DNA of 14,575 bases, from assembly GCA_043797665.1 (NCBI GenBank), contig JAZDPL010000078.1, positions 1 to 14,575 of the forward strand, in the 5' to 3' direction. The DNA is from Candidatus Omnitrophota bacterium. GTDB taxonomy: Bacteria > Ratteibacteria > UBA8468 > MWAK01. Below, one piece after another: positions 1-6,463 of the stretch (position 1 is its first letter; the number at the start of each line of letters is the position of its first letter). The notes beneath the pieces are model-generated. The model did no database searches and had not been told where the DNA came from. It was given only the letters and a program-made list of their open reading frames with translations. Made by a program: the position numbers and the translations under genes.

Positions 1-526
1 TCGGTCCGGTTACCAGAATCATTCCGTAAGGGAGTTCCAGTAGCCTCAGATACGCCGGGAGAATTTCCGGCGAGAAGCCAAGCCGGTCAAATCCCAGAAC
101 GATATTGGCCCGGTCCAGGACCCGTATGGAAGCGCTCTCTCCGAAGATGGAGGGAAAGGTGGAGATGCGCATGTCTATGGGACGGCTGCCGATGCTGTAA
201 GAGGCGTAGCCGCTCTGGGGAATCCGTTTTTCCGAAACGTCAAGTTCGGAAAGAATCTTCAAACGGGCGATGATGCGGGGATAAACCTCTTTAGGCGGTG
301 CGGGGAATTCGTAGAGGATGCCGTTTATCCGGTAACGGAGTTTCGGTCCTTTCTCCTCCACTTCCAGATGGATATCCGTGGCTTTGGAACTGACCGCCTG
401 GCTAATGAGATTGGAGAGTAATCCAACCGCAGTCTGGTCTTCTTCCGTTTCGGCGCCGCGGACTTCCCTGGTTTCGCGTTGGGCAGTTTTTTCCCGGATC
501 TTTTCAATGAAATCGTCGCTTCCCAT
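1..526 (-). CDS. PilB/GspE-family type IV pilus / type II secretion assembly ATPase, 5' part (continues beyond the left edge)
   Basis: Not in the ORF track. Manual translation from ATG 526 (GGAGAGG at 538-532 upstream) is open to the window edge: MGSDDFIEKIREK...LISQAVSSKATDIHLE...LRYRINGIL...IIARLKILSELDVSEKRIPQSG...DMRISTFPSIFGE...IRVLD...LPYGMILVTGP. It ends at the start of the Walker A box. These are hallmark GspE/PilB N2D and CTD motifs. Confidence 0.92.
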   Translation of the reverse strand, partial: MGSDDFIEKIREKTAQRETREVRGAETEEDQTAVGLLSNLISQAVSSKATDIHLEVEEKGPKLRYRINGILYEFPAPPKEVYPRIIARLKILSELDVSEKRIPQSGYASYSIGSRPIDMRISTFPSIFGESASIRVLDRANIVLGFDRLGFSPEILPAYLRLLELPYGMILVTGP

Positions 527-548
527 ACCATCCTCTCCGAAATAAAAT

Positions 549-606
549 GTAGGGGCTCAATTTATTGAGCCCGGAAATGGTCGGGTCGGATAAATCCGAC
601 CCCTAC
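549..606. repeat. GTAG-type REP doublet (REPIN-like), copy 1
   Basis: GTAG-GGGCTCAA-TTTA-TTGAGCCC, 10-nt spacer, GGGTCGGA-TAAA-TCCGACCC-CTAC: two inverted GTAG+hairpin units. Confidence 0.9.
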
Positions 607-607
607 A

Positions 608-637
608 ATAGTATCATAATCATCAGGTACTTGACAA
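608..637 (-). promoter_or_regulatory. Putative sigma70 promoter for the pilB/gspE-like gene
   Basis: Minus strand reads TTGTCA (637-632), 18 nt, TACTAT (613-608), preceded by TGn (extended -10, TGA-TACTAT). Confidence 0.55.
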
Positions 638-660
638 GGGGTTTTTGGATGGGTTATAAT
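631..660 (+). promoter_or_regulatory. Sigma70 promoter of the hydrogenase operon
   Basis: Perfect consensus TTGACA (631-636), 18 nt, TATAAT (655-660), about 120 nt upstream of the first operon ATG (780). Confidence 0.85.
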
Positions 661-701
661 CTCTCTGTTTTTTTGAAAATTTGTGCTTAGATTCACAAAG
701 T

Positions 702-779
702 GTAGGGGCCTGATTTATCAAGCCCGCGGGTCGGATGAATCCGACCCCTACGTCAAAATATTTAATTCGTTTGTCTTAA
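702..779. repeat. GTAG-type REP doublet copy 2 (702-751) plus right outer inverted-repeat remnant (751-779)
   Basis: GTAG-GGGCCTGA-TTTA-TCAAGCCC-GC-GGGTCGGA-TGAA-TCCGACCC-CTAC. The tail 751-778 (CGTCAAAATATTTAATTCGTTTGTCTTA, sharing the last C) matches the tail of copy 7 at 24/28 nt. Confidence 0.9.
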
Positions 780-1817
780 ATGTCTCACTACAAAATAAAA
801 GAAGACCTCTGGTTAGAATATATCTTCCGTCAGGCAACAAAAGAAGCGGTCTACGGATTAGTGTCACGTAGTTCCGGTCTTTCCTATCAGCGCATAAAAG
901 AACCTGCCGAAATAGTCCTTTTTGAGACAAGACCGGTTGAGCCGATTAAATTATTCTTCTATTTTCCTTCGGAACCAGTCGCCACCCTGCCGGAAGTTTC
1001 GGTTGGAGATGAGAAGAGGCGAATCTTATTGGGTGTAAAAGCCTGCGATCTGGAAGCTCTAAAGGTCGCTGATTATATTTATCGCCAGGGTGATGTAGTG
1101 GACCCCAATTATGCTAACCGCTGGGACCAGACCCTGATTATCAGCAGCGACTGTACCAATCCTTGTCCGACCTGCTTTTGTACCTTACACGGTCGGGTTC
1201 CTTATTCCCGGGAGGGATTTGATTTAAACCTTTCTCCCCTGGGTAGTGAAGTTCTGGTGGAGGTTGGCAGTCCCCGGGGCGAGGAGTTTGTTAAGGGTTT
1301 AAAATCCCGGATGGCTGTTGCGGATGAAGGGGATATAAAAAAAAGTACGGAAAACCGGCAGAACTGCCAGAACAAAGTGGACGAGATTAATAAACTTTTT
1401 ACCCATCGCCGTCCTTATAGTGAGACGGTTCGCAAAGCTGCCGATGCTTCTGCCTGGAAAAAATACGGTCAGGAGATGTGCGTGCAATGCCATGCTTGTA
1501 ACTTAGGCTGTCCGACCTGTTACTGTTTTTCCTTTGCTGATTCGGCGGCGACCGGTGAGGGTATGAAACGGTTCAAAAACTGGGATTCCTGCATCACCGC
1601 CAGTTTCGCCCGGATGGCCAGCGGTGCCAATCCCAGGCCGATGCGCTGGGAACGGTTCCGTTACCATTATTACCACAAGTTTGATTTTCTGAATACGAGC
1701 CTCGGTTTTGATGCCTGTACCGGCTGCGGTCGTTGTATCGATGGTTGTTTAGGCAAGATTGATAAGCGCCAGGTTCTGGTCGATTTGGAGAAAGAGGTCT
1801 ATGGCTCCCGTGAATAA
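780..1817 (+). CDS. Sulfhydrogenase beta / AsrA / FlxCD-like Fe-S subunit
   Basis: Motifs GVKACDL, CTNPCPTCFC, GFDLNL, CVQCHACNLGCPTCYC, WDSC, HKF and CTGCGRCIDGC are characteristic of the HydB/AsrA family. Confidence 0.9.
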   Translation: MSHYKIKEDLWLEYIFRQATKEAVYGLVSRSSGLSYQRIKEPAEIVLFETRPVEPIKLFFYFPSEPVATLPEVSVGDEKRRILLGVKACDLEALKVADYIYRQGDVVDPNYANRWDQTLIISSDCTNPCPTCFCTLHGRVPYSREGFDLNLSPLGSEVLVEVGSPRGEEFVKGLKSRMAVADEGDIKKSTENRQNCQNKVDEINKLFTHRRPYSETVRKAADASAWKKYGQEMCVQCHACNLGCPTCYCFSFADSAATGEGMKRFKNWDSCITASFARMASGANPRPMRWERFRYHYYHKFDFLNTSLGFDACTGCGRCIDGCLGKIDKRQVLVDLEKEVYGSRE

Positions 1818-2631
1818 TCCCTATCAGCCCTACGCGGTAAAATTGTTGAAGGTTACCGAGGAAAGTCCGACGATTAAAACCTTTACGACTACCATGCCTT
1901 CGGGCTTTAAATTTCAGGCGGGTCAGTTTGTGGAGGTTACGGTTCCCGGTATTGGCGAGGCACCGTTTACTCCGTCTTCCTCACCTTACGAAAAAGATTT
2001 TTTAGAGGTAACGGTAGCCGGGGTGGGAAGGGTAACGGAGAGCCACCATTCCCTTCAGCCCGGGGTTACTCTGGGACTGCGGGGTCCGTTTGGCAAGGAG
2101 TATCCGATTGATAAATTCCAGGATAAGGAGATTCTTCTGGTCGGGGGTGGAGTGGGGCTGGCTCCGTTACGGAGTCTTTTCCTTTCCTTAACCCAGGACC
2201 TTTCCCGTTTCCGCAGGGTTCTTTTCTGCTGCGGTTCCAAGACACCCCAGGATTATATATACAAAGACCATATCTTTGATTCCTGGCAAAAGATGGATTC
2301 CAAAGTCTGTTTCCGGATTACCGTTGATAAGGCTGATGAAAAATGGCAAGGGCAAGTAGGGGTGGTTACCAAGACCCTGGATAACCTTGACGTTAACATT
2401 AAAAACAGTGTGGCCATAGTCTGCGGTCCTCCGATTATGATGAAATTCACTACTTTAAAACTTTTGGAATTAGGTTATCAACCGCCGCAGATTTACCTTT
2501 CTATGGAACGGATGATGGTCTGCGGCTTGGGCCTTTGCCAGCATTGTGGAATCGGTTCCCATCTGGTCTGCAAGGATGGTCCGGTATTTACTTACGAAGA
2601 GATTAAGGAAGAACCGGAGATATGGGCGTAA
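1801..2631 (+). CDS. Sulfhydrogenase gamma / AsrB / FlxA / PyrK-like FAD-NAD(P)-binding [2Fe-2S] subunit
   Basis: Motifs AGQF, GIGEAPF, GRVT, RGPFG, GGGVGLAP, CGPPIMM and ERMMVCGLGLCQHC...VCKDGPVF. Start moved to ATG 1801 (AGAGG SD upstream, overlaps the previous stop). Confidence 0.92.
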   Translation: MAPVNNPYQPYAVKLLKVTEESPTIKTFTTTMPSGFKFQAGQFVEVTVPGIGEAPFTPSSSPYEKDFLEVTVAGVGRVTESHHSLQPGVTLGLRGPFGKEYPIDKFQDKEILLVGGGVGLAPLRSLFLSLTQDLSRFRRVLFCCGSKTPQDYIYKDHIFDSWQKMDSKVCFRITVDKADEKWQGQVGVVTKTLDNLDVNIKNSVAIVCGPPIMMKFTTLKLLELGYQPPQIYLSMERMMVCGLGLCQHCGIGSHLVCKDGPVFTYEEIKEEPEIWA

Positions 2632-3134
2632 AAAGGTTGGTTGTCAATTTTGAAATTTGTCGGAAGTGCCGGGATTGTCCGATTAAGTGCAGTTATCAGT
2701 TTCACCCGGACAATGACGGCTCGCTCACCTTACGGGAAATAATTACCTGGCAGGTAGTCTGCCGCAGGTGTAATCAGCCCGGTTGTGTGCCGTCCTGTCC
2801 GACTGAAGCGCTTAAGAAGAGAGATGATGGTTTAATAGAACGTTCTATGACTCTCTGTATTTCTTGTAAATCCTGTACGTTAGGCTGTCCTTTTGGGACC
2901 ATTTTTCCCGAGGTGGTACCCTATTTGACCGCTGGTTGTGACTATTGCCAGAACCGTCTGAAAGGGGACCAGAAGCCTCTTTGCGTGCAGACCTGTCCTG
3001 AGGGTGCCATTGAATATCGTGAATCTGCCAAAGAGGAGAAGTCTTCGTTGGTAGACCAGAATATTGCCGGTATCGTCACGTCCTGGCAGAAGGTGTTAGG
3101 GGCTGCGACAGCTCCCAAGGAGAAGTCAAAATGA
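2622..3134 (+). CDS. HycB/HyfA/CooF-like four-cluster [4Fe-4S] electron-transfer protein
   Basis: 16 Cys in four groups: CRKCRDCPIKC, CRRCNQPGCVPSCP, CISCKSCTLGCP, CDYC...CVQTCP. Confidence 0.88.
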   Translation: MGVKRLVVNFEICRKCRDCPIKCSYQFHPDNDGSLTLREIITWQVVCRRCNQPGCVPSCPTEALKKRDDGLIERSMTLCISCKSCTLGCPFGTIFPEVVPYLTAGCDYCQNRLKGDQKPLCVQTCPEGAIEYRESAKEEKSSLVDQNIAGIVTSWQKVLGAATAPKEKSK

Positions 3135-4054
3135 CCCTTTTTTATTTTCTAATCTTTCCGGGTTTTCTTACCACCGCGGTACTGGGGTTATTCGCCTCCT
3201 GGTTTGACCGGAAGATAACCGCGCGGGTGCAGTGGCGCGTAGGTCCGCCGTTTCTCCAGCCTTTCTATGACTTCGGCAAACTTCTGGTTAAAGAAATCAC
3301 TATGCCGGAAAAAGCGGAAAAGGGTTCGTTCCTTCTGGCGCCGTTTTTCGGACTTTTGGCGGTTACTCTGGTAAGTACTATTTTAGGTCTGGCGATTTTC
3401 TTCCCGGCGGCCGGTTTTGGCGGGGACCTGATTGTGGTCGTTTATCTTCTGGTGATACCCTCACTGGCCATAATCTTAGGCGGTTTTGCCGCCGGCAACC
3501 CTCTTTCTTCGGTCGGTGCCAGCCGGGAGATGAAATTAATCATCGCCTATGAACTGCCTTTTATTATAGCGATTGCGATTCCGGTTATTAAGGCCGGCTA
3601 CTCCCTGGATTTAAGCAAGATTATGCTTTTTCAACAGGAGCACGGAGCGTTTATCGGCACTCCTTCCGGTTTTATCGCCTTTTTAATCTCTTTGCTGGTG
3701 ATTCAGGCAAAATTGGCTTATATCCCTTTTGACGTTCCGGAGGCAGAGACTGAAATTATGGCCGGACCATACTTAGAGTATTCCGGCGGTCTTTTGGGTC
3801 TGTTTAAACTGACCCGGGCGATGCTACTCTTTGTTCTGCCCCTCTTTCTGATTGTCCTTTTCTGGAGCGGCGTCTCGCTGAGTTCCTGGCATCTTTTAGC
3901 CAGTCTGTTAAAGATGGTATTGATTCTGCTTCTGATTGTGGTTATAAAAAATACCAACCCCCGTCTGCGAATCGACCAGGTTCTGAACTTCTTCTGGGGA
4001 AGGTGTTTTCTCCTGGCAATCTTTGCGGTTTTGTTAGCTTATTTAGGATATTAA
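3131..4054 (+). CDS. NuoH/HycD/MbhM-like membrane subunit
   Basis: DRKITARVQWRVGPP, QPFYDFGKLLVKE, GASRE, PFDVPEAETEIMAGPYLEYSG, NPRLRIDQ; hydrophobic; ATGA overlap with the previous gene. Confidence 0.95.
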   Translation: MTLFYFLIFPGFLTTAVLGLFASWFDRKITARVQWRVGPPFLQPFYDFGKLLVKEITMPEKAEKGSFLLAPFFGLLAVTLVSTILGLAIFFPAAGFGGDLIVVVYLLVIPSLAIILGGFAAGNPLSSVGASREMKLIIAYELPFIIAIAIPVIKAGYSLDLSKIMLFQQEHGAFIGTPSGFIAFLISLLVIQAKLAYIPFDVPEAETEIMAGPYLEYSGGLLGLFKLTRAMLLFVLPLFLIVLFWSGVSLSSWHLLASLLKMVLILLLIVVIKNTNPRLRIDQVLNFFWGRCFLLAIFAVLLAYLGY

Positions 4055-4133
4055 TACAAAATAATTATAGGACTTGTAGGGGTTTGATTTATCAAACCCG
4101 ATGAATAACGGGCGTCATAAATGTCGCCCCTAC
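4052..4133. repeat. GTAG-type REP doublet copy 3 (4076-4133) with left outer-repeat remnant TAATACAAA (4052-4060)
   Basis: GTAG-GGGTTTGA-TTTA-TCAAACCC ... GGGCGTCA-TAAA-TGTCGCCC-CTAC; the right arm is a divergent variant. Confidence 0.85.
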
Positions 4134-4140
4134 ATTTCAA

Positions 4141-4572
4141 ATGAAGATGGGTGGAAATTTAAAAATCAATCTTTTGACTCGCTCCCTCTGGGTTTTCCAC
4201 CTGGCGGCGGCTTCCTGTAATAACTGCGACATTGAGATTCTTGACCTCTTGACACCGCGTCATGATGTGGAAAGGTTTGGAATTCTCTTGGCTGGCAGCA
4301 TCAAGCATGCGGACGTCCTTTTAGTTACCGGTTGCGTGAACCGGAAGAATGTGGCGAGGATAAAACGGCTTTATGAAGAAGCGCCCAAACCGATTCTGGT
4401 GGTGGCGATTGGTACCTGTGCCTGCAGTGGTAATATGTTCCGTACCGGATACCAGTTTGCCGGACCGCTGGACAAGGTCGTCCCGGTTAGTGCCTATATT
4501 CCGGGTTGCCCGCCTAAGCCGGAGGCGATGATTGACGGTGTGGTTAAACTGATTACTAAACTGAAAGGGTAA
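4141..4572 (+). CDS. Group 4 [NiFe]-hydrogenase small subunit (NuoB/HycG/MbhJ-like)
   Basis: SCNNCDIE (CxxC, hydrogenase type), DVERFG, HADVLLVTG, AIGTCA, YIPGCPPKP. The start could be 4141 or 4147. Confidence 0.93.
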   Translation: MKMGGNLKINLLTRSLWVFHLAAASCNNCDIEILDLLTPRHDVERFGILLAGSIKHADVLLVTGCVNRKNVARIKRLYEEAPKPILVVAIGTCACSGNMFRTGYQFAGPLDKVVPVSAYIPGCPPKPEAMIDGVVKLITKLKG

Positions 4573-4580
4573 AGTGATTT

Positions 4581-4612
4581 TGGATTCCTGCTTACTACGC
4601 GCAGGAATGACA
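4581..4612. repeat. GTCA-type palindromic repeat, single unit
   Basis: GGATTCCTGC-TTACTACGC-GCAGGAATGACA; 29/32 identical to 6425-6456. Confidence 0.85.
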
Positions 4613-4616
4613 TAGG

Positions 4617-5060
4617 ATGGAACTAAAAGAGAGGTTTCAGGAGAAATTTAAGGCGCTCTTTTTAGAACATACCGAGGTGCGGAGGCGTATTTACGCTACC
4701 ATCCCCGCAGAGCGCTTAAGGGAAGTGGCTGGTTTTGTCTTCAACGACTTAGGGGCACGCTTCATCATCGCTTCCGGTTTTGACAGCGGGAAAAGTATTG
4801 AGATACTATATCATTTCTCCTTTGATTCTACCGGAGAGGTAGTAAGTTTAAGGGTTTTATTGGACCGGAATAAGCCGGAGATAGATTCGTTAGTTCCGGT
4901 TTTCCGGGCTTCTTTCTGGATTGAACGGGAAATCTGGGAGTTTTTAGGGGTTAACTTCCTGGGCCATCCGAAGATGGAAAAGTTCCTCCTGGCTGAGGAC
5001 TGGCCGGAAAAAGATTATCCCTATCGGATACCTCCGGATAGAACTAACGCAAACACATGA
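4617..5060 (+). CDS. NuoC/MbhK-like subunit (HycE N-terminal domain homologue)
   Basis: ARFIIASGFD, IEILYHF, EIDSL, WIEREIWEFLGVNFLGHP, LLAEDWPE..YP. Confidence 0.92.
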   Translation: MELKERFQEKFKALFLEHTEVRRRIYATIPAERLREVAGFVFNDLGARFIIASGFDSGKSIEILYHFSFDSTGEVVSLRVLLDRNKPEIDSLVPVFRASFWIEREIWEFLGVNFLGHPKMEKFLLAEDWPEKDYPYRIPPDRTNANT

Positions 5061-5131
5061 AATTAATTGACGTCAATAACCGTAGGGGCTTGATTCATCA
5101 AGCCCGCGGGTCGGATGAATCCGACCTCTAC
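5044..5131. repeat. Left outer inverted repeat (5044-5072) plus GTAG-type REP doublet copy 4 (5082-5131)
   Basis: CTAACGCAAACACATGAAATTAATTGACG matches the reverse complement of the copy-7 tail at 24/29 nt. It is followed by GTAG-GGGCTTGA-TTCA-TCAAGCCC-GC-GGGTCGGA-TGAA-TCCGACCT-CTAC. Confidence 0.9.
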
Positions 5132-5141
5132 ATGAAGTAAT

Positions 5142-6332
5142 ATGGAAAAGAAAGAGTTTGTAGTCCCGATTGGACCTTACCACCCGCTTCTGGAAGAGCC
5201 GGAATACTTTAAACTTTTCTGTGAGGGTGAAAAAGTCGTAGACATTGAATGGCTCGCCGGCTACAACCACCGGGGTATTGAACGTCTTTCCGAAGGAAAG
5301 AGTTATGACCAGGTGCCATTTCTGGTTGAACGTATCTGCGGAATCTGTTCCACCAGCCATCCCCTGGCTTACGTCAATGCGGTGGAAAACTTAGTTGGAA
5401 AAGATATTCCGGAACGGGCTAAATATATCCGTACCTTTGTCGCGGAGATGGAACGGATTCACAGCCACCTGCTCTGGGTAGGACTGGCCGGACATTTCTT
5501 AGGTTATAATACGGTCTTTATGTGGGCCTGGAAGTGGCGGGAACCGATTCTGGATATTATGGAGTTAGTGACCGGAAACCGTAATAATTATGCGATGATG
5601 TGTCCGGGCGGGGTCCGCCGGGATATGGATTCGAAAGACTTTCCGTTTATCCGGGCAAAATTAGATGAGACCAAAAAAAAGTTAGAGATGATTACCAAGG
5701 CGGTTTTAGATGATTCGGTCCTTTTGCTCAGGTTGAAAGGAATAGGAATTCTGACCCCGGAGGATATCCATAATTATGGTGCGTCAGGACCGGTCGCCCG
5801 GGGCAGTGGGGTAGCGATTGATGTTCGTAAGGATGACCCTTACGCGGCGTATGATTTGATTGACTGGAAAGTAGTGGCATTTCCGGAAGGTGATATGCTG
5901 GCAAGAGCCAAGGTAAGACTTTTAGAAACTTTTGAATCCATCAAGATAGTGGAACAGTGTCTGACTAAATTAAAAGAGGTGAAAGGCGACCTGGTAACCA
6001 AAATCAGAGAAGTACCCCCGGGCGAAGGAATCGGTCATGCGGAGGCTCCCCGGGGCGAAGTATTTCACTATGTCCGGAGCGACGGTACCAACCGACCGAT
6101 TCGGCATAAAATCCGGGCGCCCAGTTATACCAACATACCGACTTTTGAGAAATCGGCAATAGGTGCCCAGATAGCCGACGTTTTAATTACCCTGGCCGGC
6201 GTTGACCCCTGTTACTCTTGTACGGAACGGCTCTCCGCTTTACAGGAGGATGGAAATGTCCTGGACGGGGAGGCGCTTTTACGCCTTTCGGTGGAAAAGA
6301 CGGACAGGATGAGGCAAAACAATAATGACTGA
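5142..6332 (+). CDS. Group 4 [NiFe]-hydrogenase large (catalytic) subunit (NuoD/HycE/MbhL-like; probably group 4g)
   Basis: PIGPYHP, GYNHRGIE, L1 motif ERICGICSTSH, EMERIHSHL, EAPRGE, KIRAPS, L2 motif DPCYSCTER, then a 33-aa C-terminal extension. The subgroup is inferred from the Mrp-rich context. Confidence 0.95.
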   Translation: MEKKEFVVPIGPYHPLLEEPEYFKLFCEGEKVVDIEWLAGYNHRGIERLSEGKSYDQVPFLVERICGICSTSHPLAYVNAVENLVGKDIPERAKYIRTFVAEMERIHSHLLWVGLAGHFLGYNTVFMWAWKWREPILDIMELVTGNRNNYAMMCPGGVRRDMDSKDFPFIRAKLDETKKKLEMITKAVLDDSVLLLRLKGIGILTPEDIHNYGASGPVARGSGVAIDVRKDDPYAAYDLIDWKVVAFPEGDMLARAKVRLLETFESIKIVEQCLTKLKEVKGDLVTKIREVPPGEGIGHAEAPRGEVFHYVRSDGTNRPIRHKIRAPSYTNIPTFEKSAIGAQIADVLITLAGVDPCYSCTERLSALQEDGNVLDGEALLRLSVEKTDRMRQNNND

Positions 6333-6352
6333 TATACGCGTATTAATTACTC

Positions 6353-6456
6353 TGTCATTCCCGCATGGTTTAAGCGGGAATCCATTGATTACAGGTATAG
6401 ACCTGTCCCTGCATGCTTTAGGCAGGGATTCCTGCTTACTATCCGCAGGAATGACA
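6353..6456. repeat. GTCA-type composite palindromic element (two inverted units plus two internal hairpins)
   Basis: TGTCATTCCCGC-ATGGTTTAA-GCGGGAATCC (6353-6383); ACAGGT-ATAG-ACCTGT (6391-6406); CCCTGC-ATGCTTTAG-GCAGGG (6407-6427); GGATTCCTGC-TTACTATCC-GCAGGAATGACA (6426-6456). Confidence 0.88.
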
Positions 6457-6463
6457 TTAAACA

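Noticed and set aside
325..531. 68-aa basic minus-strand ORF
   Set aside because: It is an alternative frame of the PilB/GspE gene, whose ATG at 526 is better spaced from the SD and gives family motifs.
683..871. 62-aa ORF sharing CRGLIYQARGSD with ORF 11941-12285, resembling a small paralogous protein family
   Set aside because: The shared peptide is simply the translation of the REP doublet and its tail, and both ORFs overlap real genes out of frame.
780..2631. Anaerobic sulfite reductase AsrABC, group 3b sulfhydrogenase or Flx-Hdr
   Set aside because: No siroheme AsrC, group 3b alpha/delta or Hdr genes are adjacent; the pair overlaps directly into group 4 hydrogenase genes.
5073..5360. 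95-aa minus-strand ORF and the other short antisense or nested ORFs in the track
   Set aside because: They are shadows of well-supported genes, with no recognisable motifs.
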